32,000 nucleotides of DNA from Candidatus Pelagibacter sp. HTCC7211 (GCF_000155895.1 NZ_DS995298.1:900001-932000), one strand, 5' to 3'. Positions 1 to 10,093 are shown, counted from the stretch's first letter. The notes: a model not told the origin generated them from the letters alone. Program-made: numbers and translations.

Positions 1-92
1 ATGTTCGTTTTGCATCAGTTTACAGAAACTTTAGAGAAGAAAAAGATTTCGTTCAATTCGTGGACAAGCTTGATGTCTACAAAAAAAGATAA
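1..92 (+). CDS. nrdR: NrdR transcriptional repressor, C-terminal fragment (5' part outside window)
   Basis: Reading from nt 3 gives VRFASVYRNFREEKDFVQFVDKLDVYKKR followed by TAA at 90-92. This matches the conserved NrdR C-terminus (E. coli ...AYIRFASVYRSFEDIKEF...). It is absent from the ORF track because it has no start codon in the window. Confidence 0.6.
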   Translation, partial: VRFASVYRNFREEKDFVQFVDKLDVYKKR

Positions 93-1179
93 ATTTTCAA
101 TTAAAGATAAATTTTTTATGGATCTTGCTTTAGATTTAGCAAGATCTAATGAAGGACTAACTGGAACCAACCCATCAGTTGGTTGTATTATTGTTAAACA
201 CGATAAAATAATTTCAATTGGACAAACATCTTACAATGGTAGACCTCATGCTGAAGTTAATGCAATTAAAAACAGTATTGAAAATCTAAATGATGCAACA
301 ATGTATGTAACATTAGAACCATGCTCTCATCATGGCGTTACACCTCCTTGCACAAGTTCAATAATAAAATCAAAGTTAAAAGAGGTTATTTATTCAATTA
401 TTGATATTGATCAGAGAGTTAAAGGCAAAACATATAAAATATTAAAATCGAAAAAAATTAAAGTTCGAACAGGTTTATTAAAAAAAAAAGTTAAACAATT
501 TTATACTCCATATTTTTTTAACAGGCAGAAAAAATTACCATATGTTAGTGGTAAAATTGCAATTTCAAAAAATAATTTAATTTTTAGTAAAAAAAATAGA
601 AAAATTACCAATATAAAATCTGATAAATTTACACATTTTTTAAGATATAAAAATGACTCTATATTAATTTCATATAGAACCTTAAATAAAGACAACCCAA
701 AATTAAATTGCAGATTAAAAGGTCTAGAAAAATTTTCTCCAAAGAGAATTATTTTAGATAATAAATTAAAAACAAATACAAATAGCTATTTATTCAAAAC
801 AGCGAATAAAGAAAATACTATTTTTTTTTATAATGAAGCCATTAAGTCAAAAATTTTAGAGTTTAAAAAAAATAAGATCACAGTATTAAAATTAAATATT
901 GATAACAATAAAAGATTTAATCCTTCGATAATTTTTAAAAAACTTTATACTTTAGGATGCAGAAACGTCTTAGTAGAAGGAGGGGATGAACTCACTAAAA
1001 ATTTTGTAAGTAATAAAATATTTAATCAGTTTTTTTTATTTAAAGGTTCTAAAGATTTATCAAAATCATTTGAATTTAAGGAATTTAGTGGATTAAAAAT
1101 TTTAAAAAAGAATTATAAAAAAAGGTTGAAAATCAACTCTAATTTTGGAAAGGATACAATAACTTTGTATAAAAATTAA
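73..1179 (+). CDS. ribD: Bifunctional RibD (diaminohydroxyphosphoribosylaminopyrimidine deaminase / 5-amino-6-(5-phosphoribosylamino)uracil reductase)
   Basis: Deaminase zinc motifs HAEVNA and PCSHHGVTPPC, a C-terminal reductase domain, and first position in a rib operon. The start is probably ATG 73 (MSTKK...) or ATG 118 (MDLALDLA...). The track's nt 1 start is unlikely because nt 3-92 encode the nrdR end in another frame. Confidence 0.9.
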   Translation: MSTKKDKFSIKDKFFMDLALDLARSNEGLTGTNPSVGCIIVKHDKIISIGQTSYNGRPHAEVNAIKNSIENLNDATMYVTLEPCSHHGVTPPCTSSIIKSKLKEVIYSIIDIDQRVKGKTYKILKSKKIKVRTGLLKKKVKQFYTPYFFNRQKKLPYVSGKIAISKNNLIFSKKNRKITNIKSDKFTHFLRYKNDSILISYRTLNKDNPKLNCRLKGLEKFSPKRIILDNKLKTNTNSYLFKTANKENTIFFYNEAIKSKILEFKKNKITVLKLNIDNNKRFNPSIIFKKLYTLGCRNVLVEGGDELTKNFVSNKIFNQFFLFKGSKDLSKSFEFKEFSGLKILKKNYKKRLKINSNFGKDTITLYKN

Positions 1180-1180
1180 A

Positions 1181-1774
1181 ATGTTTAATGGAATTATATA
1201 TAATCAGGGAATTGTTTCTAAAATTATAAAAAGACCAAAGGGTTTAAATATTTTTGTTAAAAGCGACTTTAAATTGAGTAATAAAGATATCGGTTTATCT
1301 GTTGCTTGTGACGGAGTATGTCTTACTTTGATTTCATATAAAGCTAAAATTATGGAGTTTTATTTATCTAAAGAAACTATAGTAAGATCAAAATTTAAGT
1401 ATTTAAAAACAAAAGATCAAATTAATTTAGAATTACCACTTAAATATGGAACCAAAATTTCAGGTCATATATGCCAAGGTCATATTGATACAGTTGGTAA
1501 AGTTTTAAGTATTAAAAAAATAGATAAATCATATCTTTTTCATTTCGAGCTGCCAAAAAAGGATAGAAAACATTTAATTGAAAAAGCTTCTATTTGTGTG
1601 AATGGAATATCACTCACTATTTCAAAAGTTTCTAAAAAAGGTTTTGAAATTTGGGTAATACCTCACACCTTTAAAGAGACAAATTTATCAAAACTTAAGA
1701 AAACAGATTTGGTAAATATAGAGATAGATATCTTATCTAAATACGTTAGGAATTATTTTAATGAAAAAAGATAA
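1181..1774 (+). CDS. ribE: Riboflavin synthase alpha subunit
   Basis: MFNGII..G N-terminus and duplicated lumazine-binding repeats (second repeat SGHICQGHIDTVG). It lies between ribD and ribB. Confidence 0.9.
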   Translation: MFNGIIYNQGIVSKIIKRPKGLNIFVKSDFKLSNKDIGLSVACDGVCLTLISYKAKIMEFYLSKETIVRSKFKYLKTKDQINLELPLKYGTKISGHICQGHIDTVGKVLSIKKIDKSYLFHFELPKKDRKHLIEKASICVNGISLTISKVSKKGFEIWVIPHTFKETNLSKLKKTDLVNIEIDILSKYVRNYFNEKR

Positions 1775-2861
1775 TTTTGCATCAATAGAAAGCATAATCC
1801 AAGTAGCTAAAAAAGGAGGGATGTTTATTTTAGTTGATGACGAAAAAAGAGAAAATGAAGGAGATCTTATTATCTCAACATCAGATTCTAATGCTAAAAA
1901 TATAAATTTTATGGCAAAGTACGGTCGAGGATTGATATGTTTGGCACTTGATACTGTACAAGCCAAGAAATTAAATTTATCTTTAATGTCACCAATTAAT
2001 CAGTCTCGAAACAAAACAGCCTTTACTGTATCAATTGAAGCAAAAAAAGGAATCACCACTGGTATCTCAGCTAAAGATAGAGCTAAAACAATTAAAATTG
2101 CATCTAAAAAAAACGTAAAAAAAAATGAAATTGTCTCACCAGGACATGTGTTTCCAATAATTGCAAAGGATGGTGGTGTATTGGTTAGAGCTGGTCATAC
2201 AGAGGCCTCTGTTGACATATCAAGATTAGCAAAAAAAAACAATTCAGCTGTCATTTGTGAAATAATGAATGAAGATGGATCAATGGCTAAAGGTCAAGAT
2301 CTTATAAATTTTTCAAAAAAACATAATCTTAAGATTGGTAAAATTGAAGATTTAATAGCCTACAGACTTAAGAAAGAAAAATTAATTAAATTAAAGAAAC
2401 AAAGTTATATCGATGTTAAAAATCAAACATATAAAATCAGAATTTATGAAAATTTACTTGATGGTTCAGAACATTTTGCCCTAATTAAAGGTAATATTAA
2501 AAAAGGAGTTACTCCAAGAGTAAGAGTTATTTCCTCTAATGTAGTTCAAAATTATTTGATTAATCAACAATTACCAAACTCATTTAATAAAACTCTAAAT
2601 TATTTTAAAAAATTTAATAATTGTGTTTTGGTTTTCATAAAAGATACAAACCTAAAATCAGTTACTCAAACACTTAAAGATTACAAAAATAAAGATTTTT
2701 ATAAAAAAGGTAATGATAAATTAATTAGAAATTATGGTATTGGAGCTCAAATAATTAAAGATTTAAAGATAAAAAATATGACTTTAATCACTAAGTCACC
2801 TAAAAAAGTTATTGGTTTAGATGGATATGGTATAAAGATTACCAACCAGGAATTAATTTAA
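1761..2861 (+). CDS. ribB: 3,4-dihydroxy-2-butanone-4-phosphate synthase fused to a degenerate GTP cyclohydrolase II-like domain (RibBX type)
   Basis: The N-terminal DHBPS domain carries RENEGDLI, GRGLICL and GHTEASVD. The C-terminal half aligns to RibA scaffolding (KSPKKVIGLDGYGIKI), but the region equivalent to RVHSECLTGD..RCDCG reads RVRVISSNVVQNYLINQQLPNS, with no Cys. Confidence 0.9.
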   Translation: MKKDNFASIESIIQVAKKGGMFILVDDEKRENEGDLIISTSDSNAKNINFMAKYGRGLICLALDTVQAKKLNLSLMSPINQSRNKTAFTVSIEAKKGITTGISAKDRAKTIKIASKKNVKKNEIVSPGHVFPIIAKDGGVLVRAGHTEASVDISRLAKKNNSAVICEIMNEDGSMAKGQDLINFSKKHNLKIGKIEDLIAYRLKKEKLIKLKKQSYIDVKNQTYKIRIYENLLDGSEHFALIKGNIKKGVTPRVRVISSNVVQNYLINQQLPNSFNKTLNYFKKFNNCVLVFIKDTNLKSVTQTLKDYKNKDFYKKGNDKLIRNYGIGAQIIKDLKIKNMTLITKSPKKVIGLDGYGIKITNQELI

Positions 2862-3250
2862 TGAAAAAAAAATATTTGATAGTTATTGCAAATTATTATG
2901 ATGATATTTCAAAGGGACTTCTTGACAGTGCCCTGAAATTAATTCCAAAGCCAAACATTGTTAAAATTATTACAGTACCTGGCGTATTTGAAATACCTGT
3001 TACTATTTCAAAAAAAATAAATAAATTTGATGCTTTTTTAGCCTTGGGTTGTGTTATCAAAGGTGAAACACCTCATTTTGATTTTATTTCACAAGCCTCA
3101 ACTAATGCGATTATGGATTTGTCAATAAATAGTAAAAAACCCATTGGTAATGGAATTATTACTTGCTTGAATATGAAACAAGCGAAAGCAAGAATGAAAA
3201 AAGGTGCAGAAGCTGCAAAAGCTGTAATTTCTATTTTATCTCAAAAATGA
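2861..3250 (+). CDS. ribH: 6,7-dimethyl-8-ribityllumazine synthase
   Basis: Motifs VPGVFEIP, ALGCVIKGETPHFDFI and ITCLNMKQAKAR, plus rib operon context. At 129 aa it is short for the family. Confidence 0.9.
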   Translation: MKKKYLIVIANYYDDISKGLLDSALKLIPKPNIVKIITVPGVFEIPVTISKKINKFDAFLALGCVIKGETPHFDFISQASTNAIMDLSINSKKPIGNGIITCLNMKQAKARMKKGAEAAKAVISILSQK

Positions 3251-3651
3251 GAACTCATTTTAATCCAAAGAATAATCCCAGAGTAATTATAATCCAAAAA
3301 TTATATGGAAAATTTTATAATGAAGATAATAATTTAGATTTTCCAAAACATAGATTTAAAAAATTTATTAAAGATATTGTATTAGGAACAATTGAAAGAA
3401 ATGATTTAATTCTTTCTGAGCTAGATACTAAATTAGGTAATGAATTTGTTTTTGAAAATTTAGATAAAGTATTTCAAACAATTTTGAAGGCAGCTACATA
3501 TGAATTTCTTTATAAACCAAATGTTTCAATAAATATAATTATTAAAGAATATTTAAACTCATCAAATTTTTTCTTAGAAAATTCTCAAACAAAATACCTT
3601 AATGCTTTATTAGATAATATTGGTAAAAAATTAAGATCAAATAATGCATGA
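3247..3651 (+). CDS. nusB: Transcription antitermination factor NusB
   Basis: The track ORF starts at 3163 inside ribH. ATG 3247 forms an ATGA overlap with the ribH stop and gives a 134-aa protein of NusB size. ribH-nusB-thiL order is a conserved arrangement. Confidence 0.85.
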   Translation: MRTHFNPKNNPRVIIIQKLYGKFYNEDNNLDFPKHRFKKFIKDIVLGTIERNDLILSELDTKLGNEFVFENLDKVFQTILKAATYEFLYKPNVSINIIIKEYLNSSNFFLENSQTKYLNALLDNIGKKLRSNNA

Positions 3652-4603
3652 ATTTCAATTAATTAATAAATATTTTTCTAGTATTGTAAAACAAAATAAA
3701 TCTGCACTTAATCTAAATGATGATGTTTTTTTTGATAGGAAAAAGGAACTAGTAATATCCATAGACACTTATAATGAAGGATATCATTTCATCGATTTTA
3801 AATATCCTGATCTAGTAATAAAAAAGATAATTAGATCATCAATTTCAGATTTAATTTGTAAAGGTGTAGAGCCTAAATTTTACTTTATTGCTGGATCTGG
3901 AAATAAAAGATCTTTTTCCAAAAAAAATTTGTCTCTAATGTCAAAATCATTAAAAAACGAACAAAAAAAATATGGTATTTCTTTGTGTGGAGGTGACACT
4001 ACTTATTCAAATAAATTAAGTTTTTCAATTACTTCAATAGGTTACTCAAAAAATATTGTTTATAGAAATAATGCAAAATTAAATGATGATATTTATGTGA
4101 CTGGAAATTTAGGTGATAGTTATGTTGGCCTTCAGATTTTAAAAAAAAAAATTAGATTTAATAAAAAAATTAATGATTATTTTGTTAAAAATTATTATGA
4201 ACCAAATATTCAAATTGATTTTACTAAAGAATTACTAAAATTAGCAAATTCATCTATAGACATATCCGATGGTTTAATTGCTGATTTAGAAAAAATGATA
4301 AATAATCAAAATTTATCTTACCAAATCAATGAGTATAAAATTCCAATCTCTAAAATATTAACTATGATAGTTAAGGATCATAAATTTAAAAAATCTCAAC
4401 TTATATCCAACGGCGATGACTATCAGATCTTATTTACTGCCAGTCCCAGTAAAGCTAGAATCATAGAAAATAAATCAAAACTTCTTCAAGTAAAGATTAC
4501 TAAAATTGGAAAAATTATCTCAGGTTTAAAAAAATCCTTAATAATTGACCAAAAAGGCAAGCAAATACTGATTAAAAATAAAGGTTACACCCATCAATTT
4601 TAA
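3644..4603 (+). CDS. thiL: Thiamine-monophosphate kinase
   Basis: AIR-synthase-like fold signatures (DDVFF...SIDTYNEGYHF, GGDTT, DISDGL). It follows nusB with an 8-nt overlap. Confidence 0.85.
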   Translation: MHEFQLINKYFSSIVKQNKSALNLNDDVFFDRKKELVISIDTYNEGYHFIDFKYPDLVIKKIIRSSISDLICKGVEPKFYFIAGSGNKRSFSKKNLSLMSKSLKNEQKKYGISLCGGDTTYSNKLSFSITSIGYSKNIVYRNNAKLNDDIYVTGNLGDSYVGLQILKKKIRFNKKINDYFVKNYYEPNIQIDFTKELLKLANSSIDISDGLIADLEKMINNQNLSYQINEYKIPISKILTMIVKDHKFKKSQLISNGDDYQILFTASPSKARIIENKSKLLQVKITKIGKIISGLKKSLIIDQKGKQILIKNKGYTHQF

Positions 4604-4681
4604 AAGTTAAATATTGTCTTTTTTAGCTTTTTTTGTATTGTCCGGGCTTAAAAATTAATAACCAACAACCTTAAGGTTTAT

Positions 4682-6787
4682 ATGAGCACAACAGTCGAAA
4701 CTATACTATTATACACTATCGCAGCAGGACTCTTATCCATTGTTTATGGATTTTTTACAGGAAAAAATATTTTAAATCAAAGTGCGGGTAATGCTAAGAT
4801 GCAAGATATTGCATCAGCCATTCAAATTGGAGCAAAAGCATATCTAGCAAGACAATATAAAACAATTGCAATTGTTGGTGTTGTTGTTTTAGTTATTGTT
4901 AGTGTAGCATTCAGTCCATTAGTTGGACTTGGTTATCTAATTGGTGCAGCATTATCTGGAATTGCAGGATATGTTGGAATGTTAGTTTCTGTTGAAGCTA
5001 ATGTAAGAACTGCTGAGGCATCAAGAAAAGGGCTTGCTCAAGGTTTGTCTGTAGCTTTCAAATCAGGTGCTGTTACTGGTATGTTGGTTGCTGGTTTAGC
5101 ATTATTAGCTATAGCTGTTTATTATTATTTTCTATTAAGAAATGGTGTTGATGAAAGAGAAATTGTTAATGCACTTGTTGCATTAGGATTTGGTGCTTCT
5201 TTAATATCTATTTTCGCAAGATTAGGTGGAGGTATTTTTACTAAAGGAGCGGATGTTGGTGCTGATTTAGTTGGAAAAGTTGAGGCTGGAATTCCAGAGG
5301 ACGATCCTAGAAACCCTGCTGTTATCGCAGATAACGTCGGGGATAACGTAGGTGATTGTGCTGGTATGGCTGCTGATTTATTTGAAACATATGCTGTTAC
5401 AATTGTTGCTACAATGGTTTTATCTTCAATTTTCTTTCATGGTGATATTAATATGATGATTTATCCGCTTACTATTGGTGGAGCTTGTATTTTAACATCC
5501 ATAATAGGAACTTTCTTTGTTAAACTTGGTAAAGACAATAATGTGATGAATGCTTTATATAAAGGTTTTATAGTTTCTGCACTTGCCTCATTAGTAATAT
5601 TATATCCAGTTACAGATCATGTTATTGGTTTTACAAATGAATATACAGTTAATGATAAAACTTTTAATGGATTAAATTTATATTATTGTGGCGTTATTGG
5701 TCTAATAATAACAGGATTGTTAATTTGGATTACAGAGTATTATACTGGTACAAATTATAGACCCGTAAAATCTGTTGCCGCATCTTCAACAACTGGTCAC
5801 GGTACTAATGTTATTCAAGGTTTGGCAGTATCAATGGAAGCAACAGCTATACCTGCATTAATAATTGTTGCAGGTATTTTAGTTACAAATTCTATAGCTG
5901 GATTGTTTGGTATAGCTATCGCCGTTACAACCATGTTGGCTCTTGCTGGAATGGTTGTTGCATTAGATGCTTATGGTCCTGTTACAGATAACGCAGGTGG
6001 TATTGCAGAAATGTCTAACTTAGATAAGAAAGTTAGAAAAACAACTGACGCATTAGATGCAGTTGGAAATACGACTAAAGCTGTCACCAAAGGTTATGCA
6101 ATTGGTTCTGCTGGATTAGGTGCATTAGTTTTATTTGCTGCTTATGTAGAGGACATTAAACATTTTTCTAATGTCGCTGGTTCAAAATTAGAAGGCATAG
6201 TAGTAACATTTGACTTATCAAATCCATATGTAGTTGTTGGATTGTTAGTAGGTGGGATGCTACCGTACTTATTCGGTTCTATGGGAATGCAAGCTGTTGG
6301 AAGAGCAGGTGGTGCAGTTGTTGTTGAGGTAAGAAGACAATTTAAAAAATTTCCAGGTATAATGAAAAGAAAACAAAAACCTGACTATGCTAAATTAGTT
6401 GATTTACTAACGGTTGCGGCAATCAAAGAGATGATCATTCCATCTTTATTACCAGTACTCTCACCTGTGGTTCTTTACTTTATTATTCTGTCAATAGGTG
6501 GACAAGTAGCAGCTCTAGCGGCTGTTGGCGCTATGTTATTAGGTGTAATTATAACTGGTTTATTTGTTGCAGTTTCAATGACAGCAGGCGGTGGAGCATG
6601 GGATAATGCTAAAAAATATATTGAAGATGGTAACCATGGCGGAAAAGGTTCAGAGGCTCATAAGGCAGCTGTCACAGGAGATACTGTTGGTGATCCATAC
6701 AAAGATACAGCTGGTCCTGCAGTAAATCCAATGATCAAAATTACCAACATAGTAGCTTTACTTTTATTGGCTGTTATCGCTGGCTAA
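4682..6787 (+). CDS. hppA: Membrane-bound H+-translocating pyrophosphatase, K+-independent subtype
   Basis: 701-aa polytopic protein with [34 protein letters not shown] and [14 protein letters not shown]. The GNTTKA variant (Lys rather than Ala) is the established marker of K+-independent PPases. Confidence 0.95.
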   Translation: MSTTVETILLYTIAAGLLSIVYGFFTGKNILNQSAGNAKMQDIASAIQIGAKAYLARQYKTIAIVGVVVLVIVSVAFSPLVGLGYLIGAALSGIAGYVGMLVSVEANVRTAEASRKGLAQGLSVAFKSGAVTGMLVAGLALLAIAVYYYFLLRNGVDEREIVNALVALGFGASLISIFARLGGGIFTKGADVGADLVGKVEAGIPEDDPRNPAVIADNVGDNVGDCAGMAADLFETYAVTIVATMVLSSIFFHGDINMMIYPLTIGGACILTSIIGTFFVKLGKDNNVMNALYKGFIVSALASLVILYPVTDHVIGFTNEYTVNDKTFNGLNLYYCGVIGLIITGLLIWITEYYTGTNYRPVKSVAASSTTGHGTNVIQGLAVSMEATAIPALIIVAGILVTNSIAGLFGIAIAVTTMLALAGMVVALDAYGPVTDNAGGIAEMSNLDKKVRKTTDALDAVGNTTKAVTKGYAIGSAGLGALVLFAAYVEDIKHFSNVAGSKLEGIVVTFDLSNPYVVVGLLVGGMLPYLFGSMGMQAVGRAGGAVVVEVRRQFKKFPGIMKRKQKPDYAKLVDLLTVAAIKEMIIPSLLPVLSPVVLYFIILSIGGQVAALAAVGAMLLGVIITGLFVAVSMTAGGGAWDNAKKYIEDGNHGGKGSEAHKAAVTGDTVGDPYKDTAGPAVNPMIKITNIVALLLLAVIAG

Positions 6788-7259
6788 TTTCTTTACGTTT
6801 TTTGGCCCTCACGCCTAGAGGGTCATTAAGCTTTTGTCTCATACTAGACATGAATTCGTAAATAAAAGAATTTTTTTTAAATCCTGCTTGTGTCGTAGCT
6901 TTAACTATTTTGATGTTTTCCATATCATCTTTATTATAAAATTTTTTGTTTTTAAGAATTCCATATTTATCAATTTCTAAAACAAGAACATCATTTTTAT
7001 ATATTTTCATTCTTCCTAAATTTTTTAATTCAGATTGTGTTTGTTTTCTTTCAATATAAATCCAAACATCATTATCAAATTTACTAGTAGTTGAAGGATA
7101 TCCAAGAATTTCTCTTATATCATTTTTATTAGCTTTATTTACTATTAAAGTTTCTTGTTTTTTTTCTAAAAAGGGCACTCCATGATGTTTTACCACATTT
7201 TTAAAAGAGCAATTTGCAACTACTAATGAAAGAAAAATTATATATAATATTTTGATCAT
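6774..7259 (-). CDS. bamE: Outer membrane protein assembly factor BamE (SmpA/OmlA lipoprotein)
   Basis: Signal peptide with lipobox VVANC. SmpA/OmlA-like core ([31 protein letters not shown]). Confidence 0.75.
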   Translation of the reverse strand: MIKILYIIFLSLVVANCSFKNVVKHHGVPFLEKKQETLIVNKANKNDIREILGYPSTTSKFDNDVWIYIERKQTQSELKNLGRMKIYKNDVLVLEIDKYGILKNKKFYNKDDMENIKIVKATTQAGFKKNSFIYEFMSSMRQKLNDPLGVRAKKRKEISQR

Positions 7260-7725
7260 GGATGAAAAATACCTTTATATTTATAACAATTTAATTAATT
7301 ACACTAGAAATAAAGATTTGTACAAATCTTTAAATAGAGATGATAATTTTGCTGATCGGCTAACATTATTTTTATTACATTTTTCGTTTTTTCTTAAAAA
7401 CTATAAAAATGAAGAAAACAAGATTATTTTACAAGAAATCTATGATTTTAATTTTAGACAACTAGAATTAAGTATTCGTGAAATTGGTTATGGTGATCAG
7501 TCTATTAATAAAAAAATGAAAGATTATATTAATCTTTTTCATTCGATGGTTTCAGAAATTCACTTTTGGGATAATTTGAACAAATCAGAGAAATTAAAAA
7601 AATTTTCTATTTTTTTAAGCGATTTTAATAATATTGAGGATTTGCTTGATTATTTTGAGGATTTTAATGAAAAATTATCAAAAAAAACTTTGAATTCTTT
7701 TCTAAAAAGTGTAAGTAACCCATAA
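7258..7725 (+). CDS. Ubiquinol-cytochrome c chaperone (Cbp3-like) family protein
   Basis: The pattern LYKSL...[17 protein letters not shown]...[23 protein letters not shown] resembles the bacterial Ubiq_cyt_C_chap family, which commonly sits next to bamE and rpmF in alphaproteobacteria. ATG 7258 is preferred over the track's TTG 7252. Confidence 0.65.
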   Translation: MDEKYLYIYNNLINYTRNKDLYKSLNRDDNFADRLTLFLLHFSFFLKNYKNEENKIILQEIYDFNFRQLELSIREIGYGDQSINKKMKDYINLFHSMVSEIHFWDNLNKSEKLKKFSIFLSDFNNIEDLLDYFEDFNEKLSKKTLNSFLKSVSNP

Positions 7726-7727
7726 TT

Positions 7728-7910
7728 ATGGCTGTACCAAAACGAAAACAAACCCCTTCCAGAACAGGAATGAGAAGAGCACAAACGATGAAATATTCAA
7801 CTAAAAATATAGTTGAGGATAAAAAGTCTGGAGAATACAGACTTTCTCATCATCTTGATTTAAAAACTGGCATGTATAAGGGTCGACAAGTTTTGGATCC
7901 TAAAGAATAA
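7728..7910 (+). CDS. rpmF: 50S ribosomal protein L32
   Basis: [19 protein letters not shown]-terminus is diagnostic. Confidence 0.95.
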   Translation: MAVPKRKQTPSRTGMRRAQTMKYSTKNIVEDKKSGEYRLSHHLDLKTGMYKGRQVLDPKE

Positions 7911-7939
7911 TACTATAATCTTAAATTCTATCATTTATA

Positions 7940-8941
7940 ATGTCAGATATGATTAAAATTGCTGTCGATGCAATGGGCGGTGATAATTCACCAAAAAAAA
8001 TAATAGATGGTATTATTCATAATCATCAATCTAATAAAGAAGTTTGTTATAAAATTTTTGGTGATCAGAATAAAATTTCAGAAATTATCAAAGATAAAAT
8101 AAATAAAGATTTTTTTGAAATTTTTCATACTGAGGATGTTGTAAAAAGTGCTGATAGCCCTTTGGAAGGTGCCAAGAGAGGAAAAAACACGAGTATGTGG
8201 CTTGCTATTGAAAGTGTTAAAAAAAAAGAAGCACACATTGTAGTCTCTGCAGGGAATACAGGTGCCTTATTAGTTATATCTAAATTAAATTTAAAAATGA
8301 TCGAAAATATTGATAAACCAGCTTTATCAGCTTTATGGCCTAATAAAAAAGGTATGAGCGTAGTTTTAGATTTAGGAGCAAATATTGAATGCAGTTCTAA
8401 AAACCTACTAGACTTTTCAATTATGGGAGCTTCTCTTTACACTTCATTATATCCAAATGATAAACCAAATGTAGCATTATTAAACATTGGCTCAGAAGAA
8501 CTTAAAGGTAATGAAATCATAAAAGAAACTTACCAAATCTTAAATGATAAAAAGTCAATTAATTATGATTTTGCAGGTTATATAGAGGGCAATCATTTAA
8601 TGGATGGCGAAGTTAACGTTATTGTATCAGATGGGTTTACTGGTAATGTTGCATTAAAAACTGCTGAGGGAACAGCTAATTTCATAACAGGTGAACTTAA
8701 AACTGCAATGACGGGTTCTTTAATTGGTAAAATTTCATCTTTTTTAAATATTTCAAACCTAAGAAAATTTAAAAAACGTCTTGATCCAAGACTGTATAAT
8801 GGAGCTATTTTTATTGGTTTAGACTCACCTGTAGTAAAAAGCCATGGAGGAACGGATTATATAGGTTTTTCAAATTCACTTGATGTTTGTCATAGAATTG
8901 TTAAAGGGAATTTGATAGAAAAGATTAAGCAAAATATTTAA
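7940..8941 (+). CDS. plsX: Phosphate acyltransferase PlsX
   Basis: IAVDAMGGD, VSAGNTGA and DGFTGNVALKT motifs, downstream of rpmF. Confidence 0.95.
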   Translation: MSDMIKIAVDAMGGDNSPKKIIDGIIHNHQSNKEVCYKIFGDQNKISEIIKDKINKDFFEIFHTEDVVKSADSPLEGAKRGKNTSMWLAIESVKKKEAHIVVSAGNTGALLVISKLNLKMIENIDKPALSALWPNKKGMSVVLDLGANIECSSKNLLDFSIMGASLYTSLYPNDKPNVALLNIGSEELKGNEIIKETYQILNDKKSINYDFAGYIEGNHLMDGEVNVIVSDGFTGNVALKTAEGTANFITGELKTAMTGSLIGKISSFLNISNLRKFKKRLDPRLYNGAIFIGLDSPVVKSHGGTDYIGFSNSLDVCHRIVKGNLIEKIKQNI

Positions 8942-8945
8942 GCTA

Positions 8946-9245
8946 ATGAGAATAAATTTAACTAAAAAAGACTTAGTTAATTTAGTTTATATGCAACTTG
9001 GTTTTTCTAAGCAAATATCAGAAAATCTTATAGAAGATTTTTTATCTACTATAATTAAAAATATAAAATTAGAAAAAAAATTAAAATTATCTAAATTTGG
9101 AACATTTTCAATTAGACAAAAAAAATCAAGAATAGGAAGAAATCCAAAAACTAAAGAATCTAAGATTATATCTAGTAGAGATGTTGTTTTATTTAAACCT
9201 TCAAAAGAATTTAAAGATTTTATAAACTTAAAAGATAATGGATAA
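8946..9245 (+). CDS. ihfA: Integration host factor alpha subunit (HU/IHF family)
   Basis: LTKKDL..., KLSKFGTFSIRQKKSRIGRNPKTKE and FKPSKEFK. The position between plsX and a MerR-like gene is typical for alphaproteobacterial ihfA. Confidence 0.8.
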   Translation: MRINLTKKDLVNLVYMQLGFSKQISENLIEDFLSTIIKNIKLEKKLKLSKFGTFSIRQKKSRIGRNPKTKESKIISSRDVVLFKPSKEFKDFINLKDNG

Positions 9246-9609
9246 ATCAGATAGTGCTTATAAAACAATAGGTGAAGTAGCTAAAATTTTACAATTAAAA
9301 TCGAAAAAAAAAGGAGTTTTACCAACTCACACAATTAGATTCTGGGAAACTCAATTTAAACAAATTAAACCCAAAATATTAAACGCGAATAGAAGGTATT
9401 ATGATGAAGGAACCATTAATTTATTAAAAAAAGTTAAATTTTTATTAAAAGATAAGGGTATGACTATTAATGGTGTTAAAAAAGTTCTTAAAGGTGAGGA
9501 GTCTTTAGAACTTGACGAAATGGCAAATAATTCTATAAAAGCTGATAATTTAAGAAATAAGTTGAACAAAATTTCAAGTATTATTAAAAACATAAAAAAA
9601 TTAAAATAA
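9238..9609 (+). CDS. MerR family transcriptional regulator
   Basis: N-terminal HTH (YKTIGEVAKILQL...HTIRFWETQF). ATGGATAA overlap with ihfA. Confidence 0.75.
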   Translation: MDKSDSAYKTIGEVAKILQLKSKKKGVLPTHTIRFWETQFKQIKPKILNANRRYYDEGTINLLKKVKFLLKDKGMTINGVKKVLKGEESLELDEMANNSIKADNLRNKLNKISSIIKNIKKLK

Positions 9610-9610
9610 A

Positions 9611-9802
9611 ATGGCAAAAAAAACACATGTAAAAGTAAGACTGGTTCCAGAAGCAAAACCTGATAGTTCATTTTTTTATTATGTAAAAAAACCAGCTGGC
9701 GGTGAAAAGGCTAAAGTAAAACTTTCAGCAAAAAAATATAACCCCGATACTCGAAAACATGAGTTGTTTGTGGAAAAAAAACTCCCACCTCATAGTAAAT
9801 AA
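9611..9802 (+). CDS. rpmG: 50S ribosomal protein L33
   Basis: MAKK..VKVRLV...FFYYVKK...KKYNPDTRKHELFVEKK follows the L33 pattern (K.KL.S....FY..KN...RKYDP..RKHV.F.E.K). Confidence 0.85.
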   Translation: MAKKTHVKVRLVPEAKPDSSFFYYVKKPAGGEKAKVKLSAKKYNPDTRKHELFVEKKLPPHSK

Positions 9803-10093
9803 TTATTTTTTTTTAAAGTTTCGTCTTTCGTAATCAATATAAGACCAGATCATATTTTTCCATATTCGATTTGTTATTTTTGGATCTATATTAAGTTTTT
9901 TTGATTTGTCCTTAATCTTATTTAATATGAAGTTAATTCTTTTTTTGTCTACAATTTCTTTTTTGAATTCTTTTAGTTTTAGCACCTCTTTTACAAGAAA
10001 AGTTCTATATTTTATCAGATCAAGCAGTTTATTATCTAATTTATCAAGTTTAACTCTTATTAGATTTAATTTCTTTTTATTTTTTGGCGACAT
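9803..10093 (-). CDS. Chorismate mutase (AroQ class)
   Basis: 96-aa helical protein. LNLIRVKLDKLDNKLLDLIKYRTFLVKEV matches the AroQ N-terminal helix (R..ID.ID..ll.Ll..R). Confidence 0.7.
   Translation of the reverse strand: MSPKNKKKLNLIRVKLDKLDNKLLDLIKYRTFLVKEVLKLKEFKKEIVDKKRINFILNKIKDKSKKLNIDPKITNRIWKNMIWSYIDYERRNFKKK

Noticed and set aside
1-72. Possible FMN riboswitch upstream of ribD
   Set aside because: The region is occupied by the nrdR coding end, and I see no RFN-element conserved core.
501-695. Short ORFs antisense to or overlapping confident genes. These are 501..695, 1733..1966, 8987..9268, 9399..9671, 9906..10097, 17067..17261, 17319..17534, 22266..22460, 30606..30851 and 30716..30922.
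   Set aside because: Each lies wholly within, or antisense to, a gene with strong family motifs. Their low-complexity Phe/Leu/Ile/Lys-rich translations are typical of shadow frames in AT-rich DNA.
3163-3246. N-terminal extension of the NusB ORF into ribH
   Set aside because: The extension overlaps ribH by 88 nt and has no NusB similarity. ATG 3247 gives the canonical ATGA coupling.
4667-4678. Perfect 12-bp palindrome aaccttaaggtt covering the hppA ribosome-binding region
   Set aside because: As RNA it gives only a 4-bp stem with a 4-nt loop. That is too short to argue for regulation without conservation data.
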